Shown: piece after piece, positions 24,841-37,348 of the stretch
Numbering within the stretch: the first letter of the stretch is position 1
Layout: the number at the start of each line of letters is the position of its first letter
DNA from: Escherichia coli
Lineage (GTDB): Bacteria; Pseudomonadota; Gammaproteobacteria; Enterobacterales; Enterobacteriaceae
Strand: one strand, 5' to 3'
NCBI RefSeq assembly: GCF_009931435.1
Contig: NZ_CP043414.1
Length of the DNA: 64,000 nt
The notes under the pieces: model-generated
Database searches by the model: none
Told to the model about the DNA's origin: nothing
What the model saw: the letters and a program-made list of their open reading frames with translations, nothing else
Made by a program: the position numbers and the translations under genes

Positions 24841-25758
24841 TTAAACGTTAAACACGGTGAAATCATGCGCCAGTTCAGTCGCCGGGAAAATTGACCTGCA
24901 TTCACGTAACAGGTGCTGACAACCTTTGTCATCATAGCGCGAGCTGACGTGGGTAATGATTAGCTTACCGACTCCAGCCTCACGGGCCAGTGTCGCAGCC
25001 TGGCGTGTAGAGCTATGACCGCGACTATTGGCTTTGGCTTCCATGGTTATATCCAGCGTCGCTTCGTGCACCATGACATCGACACCTTTAGCCAGGTCAA
25101 GTGCGGCATCGCAGGGGCCGGTATCGCCGAAAATAGCGAGCGCTTTACCTGGCACTGGAGCAGCTAAGTAATCTGCGCCGTTAATCTGCCTTCCATCTTC
25201 CAGCGTGATTGTTTTGCCCGCTTTTAATTCCTGAAACAGTGGGCCAGGCGGCACGCCAGCAGCTTTTAATGCCTGGGCATTTAATGCACCCGGTTTATCA
25301 TGTTCTTCAATACGATAGCCATAACATTCCAGTGGGTGTACCAGCGGATAAGCGGTTACTTTGCGCAGGCCATCATCGAAAATTTCGCCAGCGCCAATTT
25401 CGACAATTTCCAGCGGATAATCGGTCCATGAGCCGCTAATCCGCAGCGCAGTCTCCACAAATTCACGGAGACCTTGCGGACCATAAATCGTTAAGGGTTG
25501 GACAATACCAGACATAGAACGACTGCACAGCAAGCCGGGTAAACCAAAGAGATGATCGCCATGAAGATGGCTGATAAAAATCTTGTCCAGTTTTCCAGGG
25601 TTAAAGGCGGTATGCAGTAGCTGATGCTGGGTGCCTTCACCGCAGTCAAACAACCAAAGCCCGCTCTGGGTCGGATGTTGCAGGTTAAGCAATATTGCCG
25701 TGACATTGCGCGTACGGGTTGGCACACCGGCTGAAGTACCTAAAAAAATTAATTCCAT
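24841..25758 (-). CDS. rbn: RNase BN / RNase Z (metallo-beta-lactamase fold)
   Basis: 305 aa from [13 protein letters not shown]; HxHxDH motif (HLHGDHLFG); the ORF-track start lies 6 codons upstream. Confidence 0.88.
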   Translation of the reverse strand: MELIFLGTSAGVPTRTRNVTAILLNLQHPTQSGLWLFDCGEGTQHQLLHTAFNPGKLDKIFISHLHGDHLFGLPGLLCSRSMSGIVQPLTIYGPQGLREFVETALRISGSWTDYPLEIVEIGAGEIFDDGLRKVTAYPLVHPLECYGYRIEEHDKPGALNAQALKAAGVPPGPLFQELKAGKTITLEDGRQINGADYLAAPVPGKALAIFGDTGPCDAALDLAKGVDVMVHEATLDITMEAKANSRGHSSTRQAATLAREAGVGKLIITHVSSRYDDKGCQHLLRECRSIFPATELAHDFTVFNV

Positions 25759-25822
25759 GAGTTCATCACGTTTCAAAAAATATTCCGGCTAGTATAAGGC
25801 ATACATCTAAAAGGAGAGCATT

Positions 25823-26284
25823 ATGATTGAATGGCAAGATCTGCATCACTCTGAATTATCGGTTTCCCAGCTTTATGCCTTATTACAACTGCGTTGCGCG
25901 GTTTTTGTTGTTGAGCAGAATTGCCCTTATCAGGATATCGATGGTGATGATTTGACGGGGGATAATCGCCATATTCTCGGTTGGAAAAATGATGAACTGG
26001 TGGCGTATGCGAGGATTCTGAAAAGTGATGATGATCTTGAGCCGGTCGTTATAGGTCGGGTGATTGTCAGTGAAGCGTTGCGTGGCGAAAAAGTGGGGCA
26101 GCAGCTGATGAGTAAAACACTCGAAACATGTACGCGTCACTGGCCTGATAAACCTGTTTACCTCGGGGCGCAGGCGCATCTGCAAAACTTCTACCAAAGT
26201 TTTGGCTTTATCCCTGTGACGGAGGTCTATGAAGAAGATGGTATCCCACACATTGGGATGGCACGCGAGGTAATTCAGGCGTAA
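25823..26284 (+). CDS. elaA: GNAT-family acetyltransferase ElaA
   Basis: 153 aa; AAGGAG RBS; divergent from rbn. Confidence 0.88.
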   Translation: MIEWQDLHHSELSVSQLYALLQLRCAVFVVEQNCPYQDIDGDDLTGDNRHILGWKNDELVAYARILKSDDDLEPVVIGRVIVSEALRGEKVGQQLMSKTLETCTRHWPDKPVYLGAQAHLQNFYQSFGFIPVTEVYEEDGIPHIGMAREVIQA

Positions 26285-26338
26285 TCAATAACCATTGTCT
26301 ATAGTTAGTGACAGGTTTTACGCAAATGGAGAACGAGA

Positions 26339-26644
26339 ATGTCTAATCAGTTTGGTGATACACGTATCGATGACGACCTGACGCTGCTTAGTGAAACACT
26401 GGAAGAGGTGCTCCGCTCCTCTGGCGATCCCGCCGATCAGAAATATGTTGAGCTGAAAGCGCGTGCAGAAAAAGCGCTGGATGATGTGAAAAAACGGGTT
26501 AGCCAGGCTTCAGACAGTTATTACTATCGGGCGAAGCAGGCTGTTTATCGTGCTGATGACTACGTCCACGAAAAACCCTGGCAAGGAATTGGGGTGGGCG
26601 CGGCCGTTGGGCTGGTATTAGGACTGTTGCTGGCACGCCGTTAA
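26339..26644 (+). CDS. elaB: Ribosome/membrane-associated DUF883 protein ElaB
   Basis: 101 aa with C-terminal hydrophobic tail (GVGAAVGLVLGLLLARR). Confidence 0.88.
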   Translation: MSNQFGDTRIDDDLTLLSETLEEVLRSSGDPADQKYVELKARAEKALDDVKKRVSQASDSYYYRAKQAVYRADDYVHEKPWQGIGVGAAVGLVLGLLLARR

Positions 26645-26657
26645 AACCTCCCTACAC

Positions 26658-26688
26658 CGGGGTACTGCATTTTTTTTGTAGTACCCCG
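26658..26688 (+). terminator. Hairpin downstream of elaB with a T-run in the loop
   Basis: cggggtact ... agtaccccg inverted repeat; overlaps a candidate menF -10 (tataat at 26689-26694). Confidence 0.4.
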
Positions 26689-26722
26689 TATAATGTGAGG
26701 CTTTTAACAGGGAGAGGTCCGC

Positions 26723-28021
26723 GTGCAATCACTCACTACGGCGCTGGAAAATCTACTGCGCCTTTTGTCGCAAGAGATTCCAGCGACACCCGGCATTCGG
26801 GTTATTGATACTCCTTTCCCTCTCAAAGATGCTTTTGATGCCTTGAGCTGGCTGGCCAGTCAGCAAACGTATCCGCAATTCTACTGGCAACAACGTAATG
26901 GTGATGAAGAAGCTGCCGTCCTGGGCGCGATTACCCATTTTACCTCGTTGGACCAGGCGCAACGTTTTCTTCACCAGCACCCGGAACATGCCGACTTACG
27001 CATCTGGGGGCTGAATGCGTTTGACCCGTCGCAGGGCAATTTACTTTTACCCCGCCTGGAATGGCGACGCTGTGGCGGTAAAGCCACGCTGCGGCTGACG
27101 CTATTCAGCGAAAGCTCCCTTCAGCACGATGCGATAAAGGCAAAAGAATTTATCGCCACACTGGTGAGTATCAAGTCCCTGCCAGGGTTACATTTAACCA
27201 CCACGCGAGAACAACACTGGCCGGACAAAACGGGCTGGACGCGATTAATCGAACTGGCAACGCAAACTATCGCCGAAGGTGAACTCGACAAAGTCGTTCT
27301 TGCACGGGCGACCGATCTGCATTTTGCAAGCCCGGTTAACGCAGCGGCGATGATGGCAGCCAGCCGTCGGCTCAATCTGAACTGCTATCATTTCTTTATG
27401 GCCTTTGATGGCGAGACCGCGTTTCTGGGTTCGTCTCCTGAGCGGCTATGGCGGCGGCGTGCCAAAGCGCTGCGTACTGAAGCGCTGGCGGGAACGGTAG
27501 CAAATCATCCTGATGATAAGCAGGCGCAGCAGTTGGGCGAGTGGCTGATGGCGGATGATAAAAACCAGCGCGAGAACATGCTGGTGGTGGAAGATATTTG
27601 CCAACGATTGCAGGCCGATACCCAGACGCTGGATGTTTTACCGCCGCAGGTACTGCGTCTGCGTAAAGTGCAGCATCTGCGCCGCTGTATCTGGACTTCA
27701 CTCAACAAAGCGGATGATGTGATCTGTTTACATCAGTTGCAGCCAACGGCCGCGGTTGCGGGCTTACCGCGTGACCTGGCGCGGCAGTTTATCGCCCGTC
27801 ACGAACCGTTCACCCGTGAATGGTATGCCGGTTCCGCGGGCTATCTTTCGTTACAACAAAGCGAATTCTGCGTTTCCCTGCGCTCAGCAAAAATTAGCGG
27901 CAATGTCGTGCGGTTATATGCTGGCGCGGGCATTGTCCGTGGCTCCGACCCCGAGCAAGAGTGGCAGGAAATCGACAACAAAGCGGCAGGGCTGCGTACT
28001 TTATTACAAATGGAAGAGTAA
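26723..28021 (+). CDS. menF: Isochorismate synthase MenF
   Basis: 431 aa; GTG start; chorismate-binding fold; first gene of the menaquinone cluster. Confidence 0.88.
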   Translation: MQSLTTALENLLRLLSQEIPATPGIRVIDTPFPLKDAFDALSWLASQQTYPQFYWQQRNGDEEAAVLGAITHFTSLDQAQRFLHQHPEHADLRIWGLNAFDPSQGNLLLPRLEWRRCGGKATLRLTLFSESSLQHDAIKAKEFIATLVSIKSLPGLHLTTTREQHWPDKTGWTRLIELATQTIAEGELDKVVLARATDLHFASPVNAAAMMAASRRLNLNCYHFFMAFDGETAFLGSSPERLWRRRAKALRTEALAGTVANHPDDKQAQQLGEWLMADDKNQRENMLVVEDICQRLQADTQTLDVLPPQVLRLRKVQHLRRCIWTSLNKADDVICLHQLQPTAAVAGLPRDLARQFIARHEPFTREWYAGSAGYLSLQQSEFCVSLRSAKISGNVVRLYAGAGIVRGSDPEQEWQEIDNKAAGLRTLLQMEE

Positions 28022-28106
28022 TGAGTCGCATCATTACCGATTCATATCAATAATCTATTTTTGTAGCTCCTTATACTTAGCCGCAATATTGATACCGGAC
28101 AAACTC

Positions 28107-29777
28107 ATGTCAGTAAGCGCATTTAACCGACGCTGGGCGGCGGTCATTCTGGAAGCATTAACGCGTCACGGCGTCAGACACATCTGTATCGCCCCTGGCT
28201 CGCGTTCTACACCGTTAACGTTAGCGGCAGCGGAGAATTCCGCATTCATTCACCACACCCATTTTGATGAGCGTGGACTGGGGCATCTGGCGCTGGGGCT
28301 GGCGAAAGTCAGCAAGCAGCCGGTGGCGGTGATAGTGACCTCCGGCACGGCGGTAGCAAATCTCTATCCGGCACTAATAGAAGCTGGGTTAACCGGAGAA
28401 AAACTGATCCTGTTAACCGCCGATCGCCCGCCGGAGCTCATTGACTGCGGCGCGAATCAGGCGATTCGTCAGCCGGGAATGTTCGCCTCTCATCCTACGC
28501 ATAGCATTTCACTGCCGCGCCCGACGCAGGATATTTCTGCCCGTTGGCTGGTCTCTACTATCGACCACGCCCTTGGTACGCTTCATGCTGGAGGAGTTCA
28601 TATCAACTGCCCGTTTGCTGAACCGCTATATGGCGAGATGGACGACACCGGGCTTAGTTGGCAACAGCGTCTTGGCGACTGGTGGCAGGACGATAAACCG
28701 TGGCTGCGTGAAGCGCCTCGTCTGGAAAGTGAAAAACAGCGTGACTGGTTCTTCTGGCGACAAAAGCGCGGCGTGGTAGTTGCTGGTCGCATGAGTGCGG
28801 AAGAGGGCAAAAAAGTTGCTCTGTGGGCGCAAACTCTTGGCTGGCCGCTGATTGGCGACGTCCTGTCGCAAACCGGACAGCCGCTGCCGTGTGCCGATCT
28901 CTGGTTAGGCAATGCCAAAGCGACAAGCGAACTGCAACAGGCGCAGATTGTGGTGCAACTGGGCAGCAGCCTGACGGGCAAACGGCTCCTGCAATGGCAG
29001 GCAAGCTGTGAACCAGAAGAGTACTGGATTGTTGATGACATTGAAGGGCGACTTGATCCGGCACACCATCGCGGACGCCGCTTAATTGCCAATATTGCCG
29101 ACTGGCTGGAGCTGCATCCGGCAGAAAAACGCCAGCCCTGGTGCGTTGAAATCCCGCGCCTGGCGGAACAGGCAATGCAGGCGGTTATTGCCCGTCGCGA
29201 TGCGTTTGGCGAAGCGCAACTGGCGCATCGCATCAGCGACTATTTGCCGGAACAGGGGCAACTGTTTGTTGGCAACAGCCTGGTGGTACGTCTGATTGAT
29301 GCGCTTTCGCAACTTCCGGCGGGTTACCCGGTGTATAGCAACCGTGGGGCCAGCGGTATTGACGGGCTGCTATCTACTGCCGCAGGCGTTCAGCGGGCCA
29401 GTGGCAAACCGACGCTGGCGATTGTGGGCGATCTCTCAGCACTTTACGATCTCAACGCGCTGGCGCTATTGCGCCAGGTTTCCGCGCCGCTGGTATTAAT
29501 TGTGGTGAACAACAACGGCGGGCAAATTTTCTCGCTGCTGCCGACACCGAAAAGCGAGCGTGAGCGTTTCTATCTGATGCCGCAAAACGTCCATTTTGAG
29601 CACGCCGCCGCGATGTTCGAGCTGAAATATCATCGTCCGCAAAACTGGCAGGAACTTGAAACGGCACTTGCCGACGCCTGGCGCACGCCGACCACCACGG
29701 TAATTGAAATGGTGGTTAATGACACCGATGGTGCGCAAACCCTCCAGCAACTGCTGGCGCAGGTAAGCCATTTATGA
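28107..29777 (+). CDS. menD: SEPHCHC synthase MenD (ThDP-dependent)
   Basis: 556 aa from [13 protein letters not shown]; the longer ORF in the track (from 27756) would overlap menF in another frame. Confidence 0.88.
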   Translation: MSVSAFNRRWAAVILEALTRHGVRHICIAPGSRSTPLTLAAAENSAFIHHTHFDERGLGHLALGLAKVSKQPVAVIVTSGTAVANLYPALIEAGLTGEKLILLTADRPPELIDCGANQAIRQPGMFASHPTHSISLPRPTQDISARWLVSTIDHALGTLHAGGVHINCPFAEPLYGEMDDTGLSWQQRLGDWWQDDKPWLREAPRLESEKQRDWFFWRQKRGVVVAGRMSAEEGKKVALWAQTLGWPLIGDVLSQTGQPLPCADLWLGNAKATSELQQAQIVVQLGSSLTGKRLLQWQASCEPEEYWIVDDIEGRLDPAHHRGRRLIANIADWLELHPAEKRQPWCVEIPRLAEQAMQAVIARRDAFGEAQLAHRISDYLPEQGQLFVGNSLVVRLIDALSQLPAGYPVYSNRGASGIDGLLSTAAGVQRASGKPTLAIVGDLSALYDLNALALLRQVSAPLVLIVVNNNGGQIFSLLPTPKSERERFYLMPQNVHFEHAAAMFELKYHRPQNWQELETALADAWRTPTTTVIEMVVNDTDGAQTLQQLLAQVSHL

Positions 29778-30532
29778 TCCTGCACGCGCAGGCAAAACAC
29801 GGCAAACCAGGTTTACCCTGGCTGGTGTTTTTGCACGGTTTTTCCGGCGATTGCCAGGAATGGCAAGAAGTGGGCGAGGCGTTTGCCGACTACTCGCGGT
29901 TGTATGTTGATCTCCCTGGTCACGGTGGTTCGGCAGCAATTAGCGTCGATGGATTTGATGATGTCACCGGCTTACTGCGTAAAACTCTGGTTAGTTACAA
30001 CATCCTTAACTTCTGGCTGGTGGGGTACTCGCTCGGCGGACGGGTGGCGATGATGGCGGCTTGCCAGGGGATGGCGGGGCTTTGTGGCGTGATTGTCGAA
30101 GGTGGGCATCCCGGGCTGCAAAGTGCTGAACAACGCACGGAACGTCTGCTTTCCGATCGCCAATGGGCGCAGCGTTTTCGCACAGAACCATTAACGGCGG
30201 TATTTGCCGACTGGTATCAACAGCCTGTCTTTGCCTCGCTCAATGACGATCAACGCCGGGAGCTGGTGGCGCTGCGTAGCCACAATAACGGTGTAACGCT
30301 TGCTACTATGCTGGAGGCCACTTCTCTCGCCGTCCAGCCTGATTTACGTGCTAACCTTAGCGCCCGCACATTTGCGTTTTATTATTTATGTGGTGAACGT
30401 GACAGCAAATTCCGCGCTCTGGCGGCGGAACTGGCTGCCGACTGCCATGTCATTCCTCGCGCCGGACATAACGCGCACCGGGAAAATCCCGCTGGCGTAA
30501 TCGCAAGTCTGGCGCAGATCTTGCGTTTCTGA
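29774..30532 (+). CDS. menH: SHCHC synthase MenH (alpha/beta hydrolase)
   Basis: 252 aa; GYSLGG nucleophile elbow; ATGA overlap with menD. Confidence 0.88.
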   Translation: MILHAQAKHGKPGLPWLVFLHGFSGDCQEWQEVGEAFADYSRLYVDLPGHGGSAAISVDGFDDVTGLLRKTLVSYNILNFWLVGYSLGGRVAMMAACQGMAGLCGVIVEGGHPGLQSAEQRTERLLSDRQWAQRFRTEPLTAVFADWYQQPVFASLNDDQRRELVALRSHNNGVTLATMLEATSLAVQPDLRANLSARTFAFYYLCGERDSKFRALAAELAADCHVIPRAGHNAHRENPAGVIASLAQILRF

Positions 30533-30546
30533 CTAAAGGACACAAT

Positions 30547-31404
30547 ATGATTTATCCTGATGAAGCAATGCTTTACGCACCGGTTGAATGGCACGACTGC
30601 TCCGAAGGTTTCGAGGACATTCGTTATGAAAAATCCACCGACGGTATCGCAAAAATCACCATTAATCGTCCGCAGGTGCGCAATGCCTTCCGTCCACTGA
30701 CGGTCAAAGAGATGATCCAGGCACTGGCAGATGCGCGTTATGACGACAACATCGGCGTGATCATTCTGACTGGTGCAGGCGATAAAGCGTTCTGCTCTGG
30801 TGGCGACCAGAAAGTGCGTGGCGATTACGGCGGCTATAAAGATGATTCCGGCGTACATCATCTGAATGTGCTGGACTTCCAGCGTCAGATCCGTACCTGT
30901 CCGAAACCGGTTGTCGCGATGGTAGCGGGTTACTCCATCGGCGGCGGTCACGTTCTGCACATGATGTGCGACCTGACCATCGCGGCGGAAAACGCCATCT
31001 TCGGTCAGACTGGCCCGAAAGTCGGTTCCTTCGATGGCGGCTGGGGCGCTTCCTATATGGCGCGCATTGTTGGGCAGAAAAAAGCGCGTGAAATCTGGTT
31101 CCTGTGCCGTCAGTACGACGCGAAACAAGCGCTGGATATGGGCCTTGTGAACACCGTGGTGCCGCTGGCAGATCTGGAAAAAGAAACCGTGCGTTGGTGC
31201 CGCGAAATGCTGCAAAACAGCCCGATGGCGCTGCGTTGCCTGAAAGCTGCGCTGAACGCTGACTGTGACGGTCAGGCGGGTCTGCAGGAACTGGCGGGCA
31301 ACGCCACCATGCTGTTCTACATGACGGAAGAAGGTCAGGAAGGTCGCAACGCCTTCAACCAGAAACGTCAGCCTGACTTCAGCAAATTTAAACGGAATCC
31401 GTAA
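30547..31404 (+). CDS. menB: 1,4-dihydroxy-2-naphthoyl-CoA synthase MenB (crotonase fold)
   Basis: 285 aa, enoyl-CoA hydratase/isomerase family. Confidence 0.9.
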   Translation: MIYPDEAMLYAPVEWHDCSEGFEDIRYEKSTDGIAKITINRPQVRNAFRPLTVKEMIQALADARYDDNIGVIILTGAGDKAFCSGGDQKVRGDYGGYKDDSGVHHLNVLDFQRQIRTCPKPVVAMVAGYSIGGGHVLHMMCDLTIAAENAIFGQTGPKVGSFDGGWGASYMARIVGQKKAREIWFLCRQYDAKQALDMGLVNTVVPLADLEKETVRWCREMLQNSPMALRCLKAALNADCDGQAGLQELAGNATMLFYMTEEGQEGRNAFNQKRQPDFSKFKRNP

Positions 31405-32366
31405 TGCGTAGCGCGCAGGTATACCGCTGGCAGATCCCCATGGACGCGGGGGTGGTTCTGCGCGACAGGCGGTTAAAAACCCGCGACGGGCTATACGTTT
31501 GCCTGCGCGAGGGCGAGCGCGAAGGGTGGGGAGAGATCTCCCCACTGCCGGGCTTCAGTCAGGAAACCTGGGAAGAGGCGCAAAGTGCGCTGCTTGCCTG
31601 GGTAAATAACTGGCTGGCAGGCGATTGCGAATTACCGCAAATGCCTTCCGTCGCCTTTGGCGTAAGCTGTGCATTGGCTGAGCTGGCAGACACGTTACCA
31701 CAGGCGGCAAATTTCCGTGCTGCACCGTTGTGTAATGGTGATCCTGACGATCTGATCCTCAAACTTGCCGATATGCCAGGCGAGAAAGTGGCGAAGGTCA
31801 AAGTGGGATTGTACGAAGCGGTGCGCGACGGCATGGTGGTGAATCTGTTGCTGGAGGCCATTCCGGATCTGCATTTGCGTCTTGACGCGAATCGCGCCTG
31901 GACACCGCTGAAAGGCCAGCAGTTTGCCAAATACGTTAACCCGGATTATCGCCACCGCATCGCGTTTCTCGAAGAACCGTGCAAAACCCGCGAGGATTCC
32001 CGCGCCTTTGCCCGTGAAACGGGTATTGCCATTGCCTGGGATGAAAGCCTGCGTGAGCCGGATTTTGCCTTTGTGGCGGAAGAAGGCGTGCGAGCGGTGG
32101 TGATCAAACCCACGCTCACGGGCAGCCTGGAGAAAGTGCGCGAGCAGGTGCAGGCGGCGCACGTGCTGGGGCTGACGGCGGTGATCAGTTCATCTATTGA
32201 GTCGAGCTTAGGCTTAACGCAACTGGCGCGGATTGCCGCCTGGTTAACGCCAGACACTATCCCGGGGCTGGACACGCTGGATCTGATGCAGGCGCAGCAG
32301 GTTCGTCGCTGGCCGGGTAGCACGCTGCCTTTTGTCGACGTTGATGCACTGGAGCGGTTGTTATGA
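31404..32366 (+). CDS. menC: o-succinylbenzoate synthase MenC (enolase superfamily)
   Basis: 320 aa; start overlaps the menB stop by 1 nt. Confidence 0.9.
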   Translation: MRSAQVYRWQIPMDAGVVLRDRRLKTRDGLYVCLREGEREGWGEISPLPGFSQETWEEAQSALLAWVNNWLAGDCELPQMPSVAFGVSCALAELADTLPQAANFRAAPLCNGDPDDLILKLADMPGEKVAKVKVGLYEAVRDGMVVNLLLEAIPDLHLRLDANRAWTPLKGQQFAKYVNPDYRHRIAFLEEPCKTREDSRAFARETGIAIAWDESLREPDFAFVAEEGVRAVVIKPTLTGSLEKVREQVQAAHVLGLTAVISSSIESSLGLTQLARIAAWLTPDTIPGLDTLDLMQAQQVRRWPGSTLPFVDVDALERLL

Positions 32367-33718
32367 TCTTCTCTGACTGGCCGTGGCGTCACTGGCGGCA
32401 AGTGCGGGGAGAAGCCATCGCCTTACGTCTCAATGATGAGCAACTCAACTGGCGCGAGCTTTGTGTTCACGTCGATGAATTAGCCTTAGGCTTTGCGGCG
32501 CAGGGCGTGGTTGAGGGCAGCGGCGTGATGTTGCGGGCGTGGAATACGCCGCAAACGCTGCTCTCCTGGCTGGCGCTACTGCAATGCGGGGCGCGGGTGT
32601 TGCCCGTGAACCCTCAGCTGCCGCAACCGTTGCTTGAAGAATTGCTGCCCAATCTAACGCTGCAATTTGCGCTGGTGCCGGAAGGGGAAAACACATTTTC
32701 GGCGTTAACGTCGCTGCACATTCAGCTGGTTGAAGGCGTACATGCTGCGGCGTGGCAGCCAACTCGTCTGTGCTCAATGACGTTGACCTCGGGTTCTACC
32801 GGGTTGCCGAAAGCCGCTGTCCATACTTATCAGGCCCATCTTGCCAGCGCCGAAGGGGTGTTATCGCTGATTCCGTTTGGCGATCACGATGACTGGTTGC
32901 TCTCTTTGCCGCTGTTTCACGTCTCCGGTCAGGGAATTATGTGGCGCTGGTTATACGCTGGTGCGCGGATGACGGTACGTGATAAACAGCCGTTGGATCA
33001 CATGCTGGCAGGCTGTACTCACGCATCGCTGGTGCCGACGCAGCTCTGGCGTTTGCTGGTTAACCGCAGTTCCGTTTCCCTGAAAGCAGTGTTGCTTGGC
33101 GGCGCGGCGATCCCGGTCGAGTTGACGGAACAGGCGCGCGAGCAGGGTATTCGTTGCTTTTGTGGCTATGGTCTGACCGAGTTTGCTTCCACGGTGTGTG
33201 CGAAAGAAGCCGACGGTCTGGCGGACGTCGGTTCGCCGCTGCCCGGTCGGGAAGTGAAAATCGTTAACGATGAAGTGTGGCTGCGGGCTGCCAGCATGGC
33301 AGAAGGTTACTGGCGTAACGGACAACTGGTGCCGCTGCTCAATGACGAAGGCTGGTACGCTACGCGCGATCGCGGCGAGATGCATAACGGTAAACTGACC
33401 ATTGTCGGGCGCTTAGATAATCTGTTCTTCAGTGGTGGCGAGGGTATTCAGCCGGAAGAGGTGGAGCGTGTAATTGCTGCACATCCTGCGGTTTTGCAGG
33501 TGTTTATCGTCCCCGTTGCGGACAAGGAGTTTGGTCATCGACCGGTAGCGGTGGTGGAGTATGACCATCAAAGCGTTGATCTCAGCGAATGGGTGAAAGA
33601 TAAGCTGGCCCGTTTTCAACAACCGGTGCGCTGGCTGACGCTTCCACCTGAACTGAAAAACGGTGGTATTAAAATTTCACGTCAGGCGCTAAAAGAGTGG
33701 GTGCAACGCCAGCAATAA
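32363..33718 (+). CDS. menE: o-succinylbenzoate-CoA ligase MenE (adenylate-forming)
   Basis: 451 aa; AMP-binding motif TSGSTGLPK. Confidence 0.9.
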   Translation: MIFSDWPWRHWRQVRGEAIALRLNDEQLNWRELCVHVDELALGFAAQGVVEGSGVMLRAWNTPQTLLSWLALLQCGARVLPVNPQLPQPLLEELLPNLTLQFALVPEGENTFSALTSLHIQLVEGVHAAAWQPTRLCSMTLTSGSTGLPKAAVHTYQAHLASAEGVLSLIPFGDHDDWLLSLPLFHVSGQGIMWRWLYAGARMTVRDKQPLDHMLAGCTHASLVPTQLWRLLVNRSSVSLKAVLLGGAAIPVELTEQAREQGIRCFCGYGLTEFASTVCAKEADGLADVGSPLPGREVKIVNDEVWLRAASMAEGYWRNGQLVPLLNDEGWYATRDRGEMHNGKLTIVGRLDNLFFSGGEGIQPEEVERVIAAHPAVLQVFIVPVADKEFGHRPVAVVEYDHQSVDLSEWVKDKLARFQQPVRWLTLPPELKNGGIKISRQALKEWVQRQQ

Positions 33719-33827
33719 TTAACCATCCGTTGCACTTCTCATTTCTGCCATTCCATTGCCGTTGATAAAGAGTTTATCTGTTAATCTGTAAATTGATGTG
33801 AAAACTCTTAGCAAACAGGATAATGCA

Positions 33828-34094
33828 ATGGAATGGCTGGTCAAAAAATCGTGCTGCGATAAACAAGATAACAGACATGTACTTATGCTCTGCGATGCTG
33901 GCGGCGCGATAAAAATGATCGCCGAAGTGAAGAGTGACTTCGCCGTGAAAGTGGGCGATTTACTCTCCCCTTTGCAGAATGCGCTTTACTGCATTAATCG
34001 TGAAAAGCTACATACGGTGAAAGTTCTCTCGGCATGCAGCTACAGCCCCGATGAGTGGGAACGGCAGTGTCAATCGGCTGAGAAAACTCAGTAA
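33828..34094 (+). CDS. pmrD: Signal transduction connector protein PmrD
   Basis: 88 aa from MEWLVKKS with AGGA RBS; the track ORF begins 10 codons upstream at a GTG. Confidence 0.8.
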   Translation: MEWLVKKSCCDKQDNRHVLMLCDAGGAIKMIAEVKSDFAVKVGDLLSPLQNALYCINREKLHTVKVLSACSYSPDEWERQCQSAEKTQ

Positions 34095-34474
34095 CGTTGT
34101 TTTGTCGTGGGCAGGAAAATCAGCATCAACCCGCTCATAATACAGGCTACTCCCAGTAGTGCTTTCAGCGAAAAAGTCCCTTCCCAGCCGGGAAGTACCA
34201 TTGAAGCAATCCATACCAGCACATAACTCATACTGAGCAAGGCATAGGCTTTGCTTAGTGCAAGTTTATGTAGTGTTTTATACCAACAAAAAACGGAAAG
34301 CAGATAACCCAGCAGCCCGAGTAACAGTATCCGGGCATCCAGGCCAAAAGCTAACAGCGCCGCGATAAAATCCCATAAGTGCGTCATCGGCGGTAGATGA
34401 CTCGCCGCATAACCCAGGCTTAATTGCGCAGCTGAGGCAATAATGACGCTGAATAATCCCCACATCAGGCCCAT
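34088..34474 (-). CDS. arnF: Undecaprenyl-phosphate-aminoarabinose flippase subunit ArnF
   Basis: 128 aa small multi-TM protein from MGLMWGLFS; start overlaps the arnE stop. Confidence 0.85.
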   Translation of the reverse strand: MGLMWGLFSVIIASAAQLSLGYAASHLPPMTHLWDFIAALLAFGLDARILLLGLLGYLLSVFCWYKTLHKLALSKAYALLSMSYVLVWIASMVLPGWEGTFSLKALLGVACIMSGLMLIFLPTTKQRY

Positions 34475-34809
34475 TACACCGTACTCCCGAGGATCACAAT
34501 GCCGCCAATAATGAACGCCACCCCACACCAGTGACGCAGTGATACCGGCTCGTGCCACAGTTTTACTGCAGCCAGCGTCACCCAGACAAAATTCAGACTT
34601 AACATCGGGTAGGCAATGCCTACCGGTACGTTCTGCAAGACCAGCAGCCAGAGCACCATGGCAAGGCCAAGACAAGCCAGCGCCAGTCCCAGCCACAGCA
34701 CGATATGTCTGCGCCGTTTGTTTATCGCCACAAAGCAGGTTGCTTGTTTCTGACACAACTGCCCGGCAACGCTAAGCAAGCTGGCAAAGACTAATGTTAG
34801 CCAGATCAT
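34474..34809 (-). CDS. arnE: Undecaprenyl-phosphate-aminoarabinose flippase subunit ArnE
   Basis: 111 aa SMR/EamA-like small membrane protein. Confidence 0.88.
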   Translation of the reverse strand: MIWLTLVFASLLSVAGQLCQKQATCFVAINKRRRHIVLWLGLALACLGLAMVLWLLVLQNVPVGIAYPMLSLNFVWVTLAAVKLWHEPVSLRHWCGVAFIIGGIVILGSTV

Positions 34810-36458
34810 TTGGGCCGATACTGAATCAGCACCAGACGCTCCTGACGATCGATGGCATCTGCGGGCGGAATGGCGAGACTGTTGATATCTTCATCGCGGT
34901 CAACCGAAAGCACGAGTGTAATAACCCCCTCCTGACGATGTTGATTAAGCCAGTTTGCGAACTCATCACCGCTGACAAATCTCCCTTTCGCATCCGGATA
35001 ATTTAGGCCGTATTTCAATTCCCCTGTCTGGCGATACATGATGATGTCATCACGTCTCAGGCTCCATGCCAGACCAGCAGCAACGCCGACGCTATCGGTA
35101 AGAATATAGCGGCTTGGCTGCAGTGATTCTTGTGTCGTCTCGACAAAAAATTGCGGATGTTTTCCTTCCATGACTCTGTCAGGAATTGAAAATCCTACCA
35201 GCAACGCCAGCCCAAGCGGGCAAAGTGCGGCAAAAGGCCAGTTTTTTTCGACGTTTGTTAAGGTATACCAGCCGAAAAATGCCCATAGCGAAAAAATCGA
35301 CCATGCACAGAAGACTTTATAGCTCTCGAAGGTTTGCCACACCGGCGTGCTCATAGGTCCCCAGGGGGAGACCACAAACGTAGCAATAATGCCAGTGACG
35401 CCAAAAGCGATGTTAATCCAGCCATTAATCCGCAACGCCAGAGGATTATTTTTTGCTGCCAGCAAAGCGTAATGCGCCATCAGCATTGCCAGAGGTGCAA
35501 AGCAGGAAAGAATATAGGTGGGCAATTTGCCTTTGGCAACGGAGAAAAACAGCAGCGGCATTACCGCCCAGCTCAATAAATAGACGGTTGCGGAATGCTT
35601 GCGGTTTTTCCAGCCTGTGTACAGTGCTCCGGGGAGTAATCCCAGCCACGGCAGGCTACCGGCAATGATGACCGGCAAGTAGTACCAGAACGGAGCTCTA
35701 TGCTGGGCATCATCCAGTGCAAAGCGTTGAATATGCTCAACCCAGAAAAAATAGTGCCAGAAGTCAGGCTCCCGCTGCGCTATCGCCAGTCCCCAGGGGA
35801 GAACCGTCAGTACGCAACTGATAACCGCCAGCCAGCCGTAAATAAAGAGATCTTTCCAGCGTTTTTGCGTTGCAACCCATGGCAGCACGCTTAATACCGG
35901 CACGGCAAGGGCGAGAAAACCTTTGGTCATCACCCCCATGCCGCAGGTGATTCCCAGCAGTAAAAATCCCGCGCTTTTGCCTTTCCACGTCTGTGCCTGC
36001 ATTGCCAGCCAGAAGCTGCACATTCCCGCCACCAGCCAGAATGCAATAAACGGATCGAGCACGGCATAAGTGCCAATGGCATAGACAATAAACAGTGAGA
36101 GATAAATCACTGCGGCGAGTAGAGCCAGACGTTTATCGCGCCATAAGCGCAGGGTAAACCAGGTCACCAGCGCGGCAGTTAACAGGGTCGCAAAGATAAC
36201 GCCTGCCCGCACACCAAAGTTATTTGCGCCAAATAGCCATTGCCCAATACTGTTAATCCAGTATCCGGCAATGGGTTTTTCGAAATAACGTAGCCCTAAC
36301 ATATGGGGCACAATCCAGTCGCCGGATGCCAGCATTTCCCGACTGATTTCCGCATAACGCGTTTCATCTGGTTGCCAGAGCAGACGCGTGCTGATCGGTA
36401 ACAGGTAATAGCAGGCAATAAACGCGAAGAGGCCGATAAGGTAACGTACCGATTTCAT
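34806..36458 (-). CDS. arnT: Lipid A 4-amino-4-deoxy-L-arabinose transferase ArnT
   Basis: 550 aa polytopic glycosyltransferase family 83 protein. Confidence 0.9.
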   Translation of the reverse strand: MKSVRYLIGLFAFIACYYLLPISTRLLWQPDETRYAEISREMLASGDWIVPHMLGLRYFEKPIAGYWINSIGQWLFGANNFGVRAGVIFATLLTAALVTWFTLRLWRDKRLALLAAVIYLSLFIVYAIGTYAVLDPFIAFWLVAGMCSFWLAMQAQTWKGKSAGFLLLGITCGMGVMTKGFLALAVPVLSVLPWVATQKRWKDLFIYGWLAVISCVLTVLPWGLAIAQREPDFWHYFFWVEHIQRFALDDAQHRAPFWYYLPVIIAGSLPWLGLLPGALYTGWKNRKHSATVYLLSWAVMPLLFFSVAKGKLPTYILSCFAPLAMLMAHYALLAAKNNPLALRINGWINIAFGVTGIIATFVVSPWGPMSTPVWQTFESYKVFCAWSIFSLWAFFGWYTLTNVEKNWPFAALCPLGLALLVGFSIPDRVMEGKHPQFFVETTQESLQPSRYILTDSVGVAAGLAWSLRRDDIIMYRQTGELKYGLNYPDAKGRFVSGDEFANWLNQHRQEGVITLVLSVDRDEDINSLAIPPADAIDRQERLVLIQYRPK

Positions 36459-37348
36459 CAGCGACTACCCGCAATTTGTTGGCAACCCAGCCAGCCTTCA
36501 CGTCCGGCAATATTTCCGCGAACAACTTGTCCGAGCGGCAACGTCCCTGATAACAGTTCGCTTAAAGGGCAAAATGTCACGCCTTCCTGGGCTGCGCGTT
36601 TCAGGAGATCCACAAAATTATGCTGATAAGCGCAGCCTTCAACTTCTGCATGAATGGTATAAACCGGCGTGCCTTTATCTCGCAGGATGCGGTTGAGTAA
36701 CCAACCGTTAAAATCTTCAGCTTTCACATCCCGACCAATCACTTCATCCCAGGTGGGTAAGGTCACCGGAATTTGCGCCGTGCCGGGTTTTCCTGTTTCG
36801 AGCAATGGACGAAACGGCATAGCCCCACGACAATCGCTGTTGTAGCGCAAATGGAACGCTTCTTTTGCTTCGATCACCTGCTGGTCGGCACGCCAGCCAG
36901 CGGCTGCGGAGCAGGTTACCGGTTGGCCGATAATTTCTTCCAGGGTGCGAAGGCCGCGTGCGATATCGTCGACCATTGTTTGCCGATCCCAGTTACTGCT
37001 ATGGGCTTGCCAGGCATGGTGATCCCAGGCGTGCAGGCCGACTTCGTGATGTTTAGCCGCTTCACGAATGATATCGGCATTGGCATGACCAATCTCTTTA
37101 CCTGGCCAGGCCGTACCTGCCAGTAAAATATCCCAGCCATAAAGCGATGCCGCGTTTGAGCGCAGCATCTTCCACAAAAACTGTGGCTTCACCAGTCGCC
37201 AGAGATGGCGGCCCATATTGTCCGGGCCGACGCTGAAAAAAATGCTGGCCTGAATATTATGCTTACTCAAGATTTCCAGCAGACGCGGCACGCCTTCACG
37301 GGTGCCACGAAAGGTATCGACATCAATGCGTAAGCCTACTTTTGTCAT
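36458..37348 (-). CDS. arnD: Undecaprenyl-phosphate 4-deoxy-4-formamido-L-arabinose deformylase ArnD
   Basis: 296 aa polysaccharide-deacetylase-like protein. Confidence 0.9.
   Translation of the reverse strand: MTKVGLRIDVDTFRGTREGVPRLLEILSKHNIQASIFFSVGPDNMGRHLWRLVKPQFLWKMLRSNAASLYGWDILLAGTAWPGKEIGHANADIIREAAKHHEVGLHAWDHHAWQAHSSNWDRQTMVDDIARGLRTLEEIIGQPVTCSAAAGWRADQQVIEAKEAFHLRYNSDCRGAMPFRPLLETGKPGTAQIPVTLPTWDEVIGRDVKAEDFNGWLLNRILRDKGTPVYTIHAEVEGCAYQHNFVDLLKRAAQEGVTFCPLSELLSGTLPLGQVVRGNIAGREGWLGCQQIAGSR

Noticed and set aside
27756-29777. 673-aa ORF suggesting a long N-terminally extended MenD
   Set aside because: The extension overlaps the 3' part of menF in another frame and has no RBS; the start at 28107 ([10 protein letters not shown]) gives a 556-aa protein typical of MenD and begins just after the menF stop.
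34088-34756. 222-aa ORF spanning arnF and most of arnE
   Set aside because: The upstream 94 codons overlap arnE in a different frame; the internal ATG at 34474 gives the 128-aa ArnF with the usual start/stop overlap seen in this operon.
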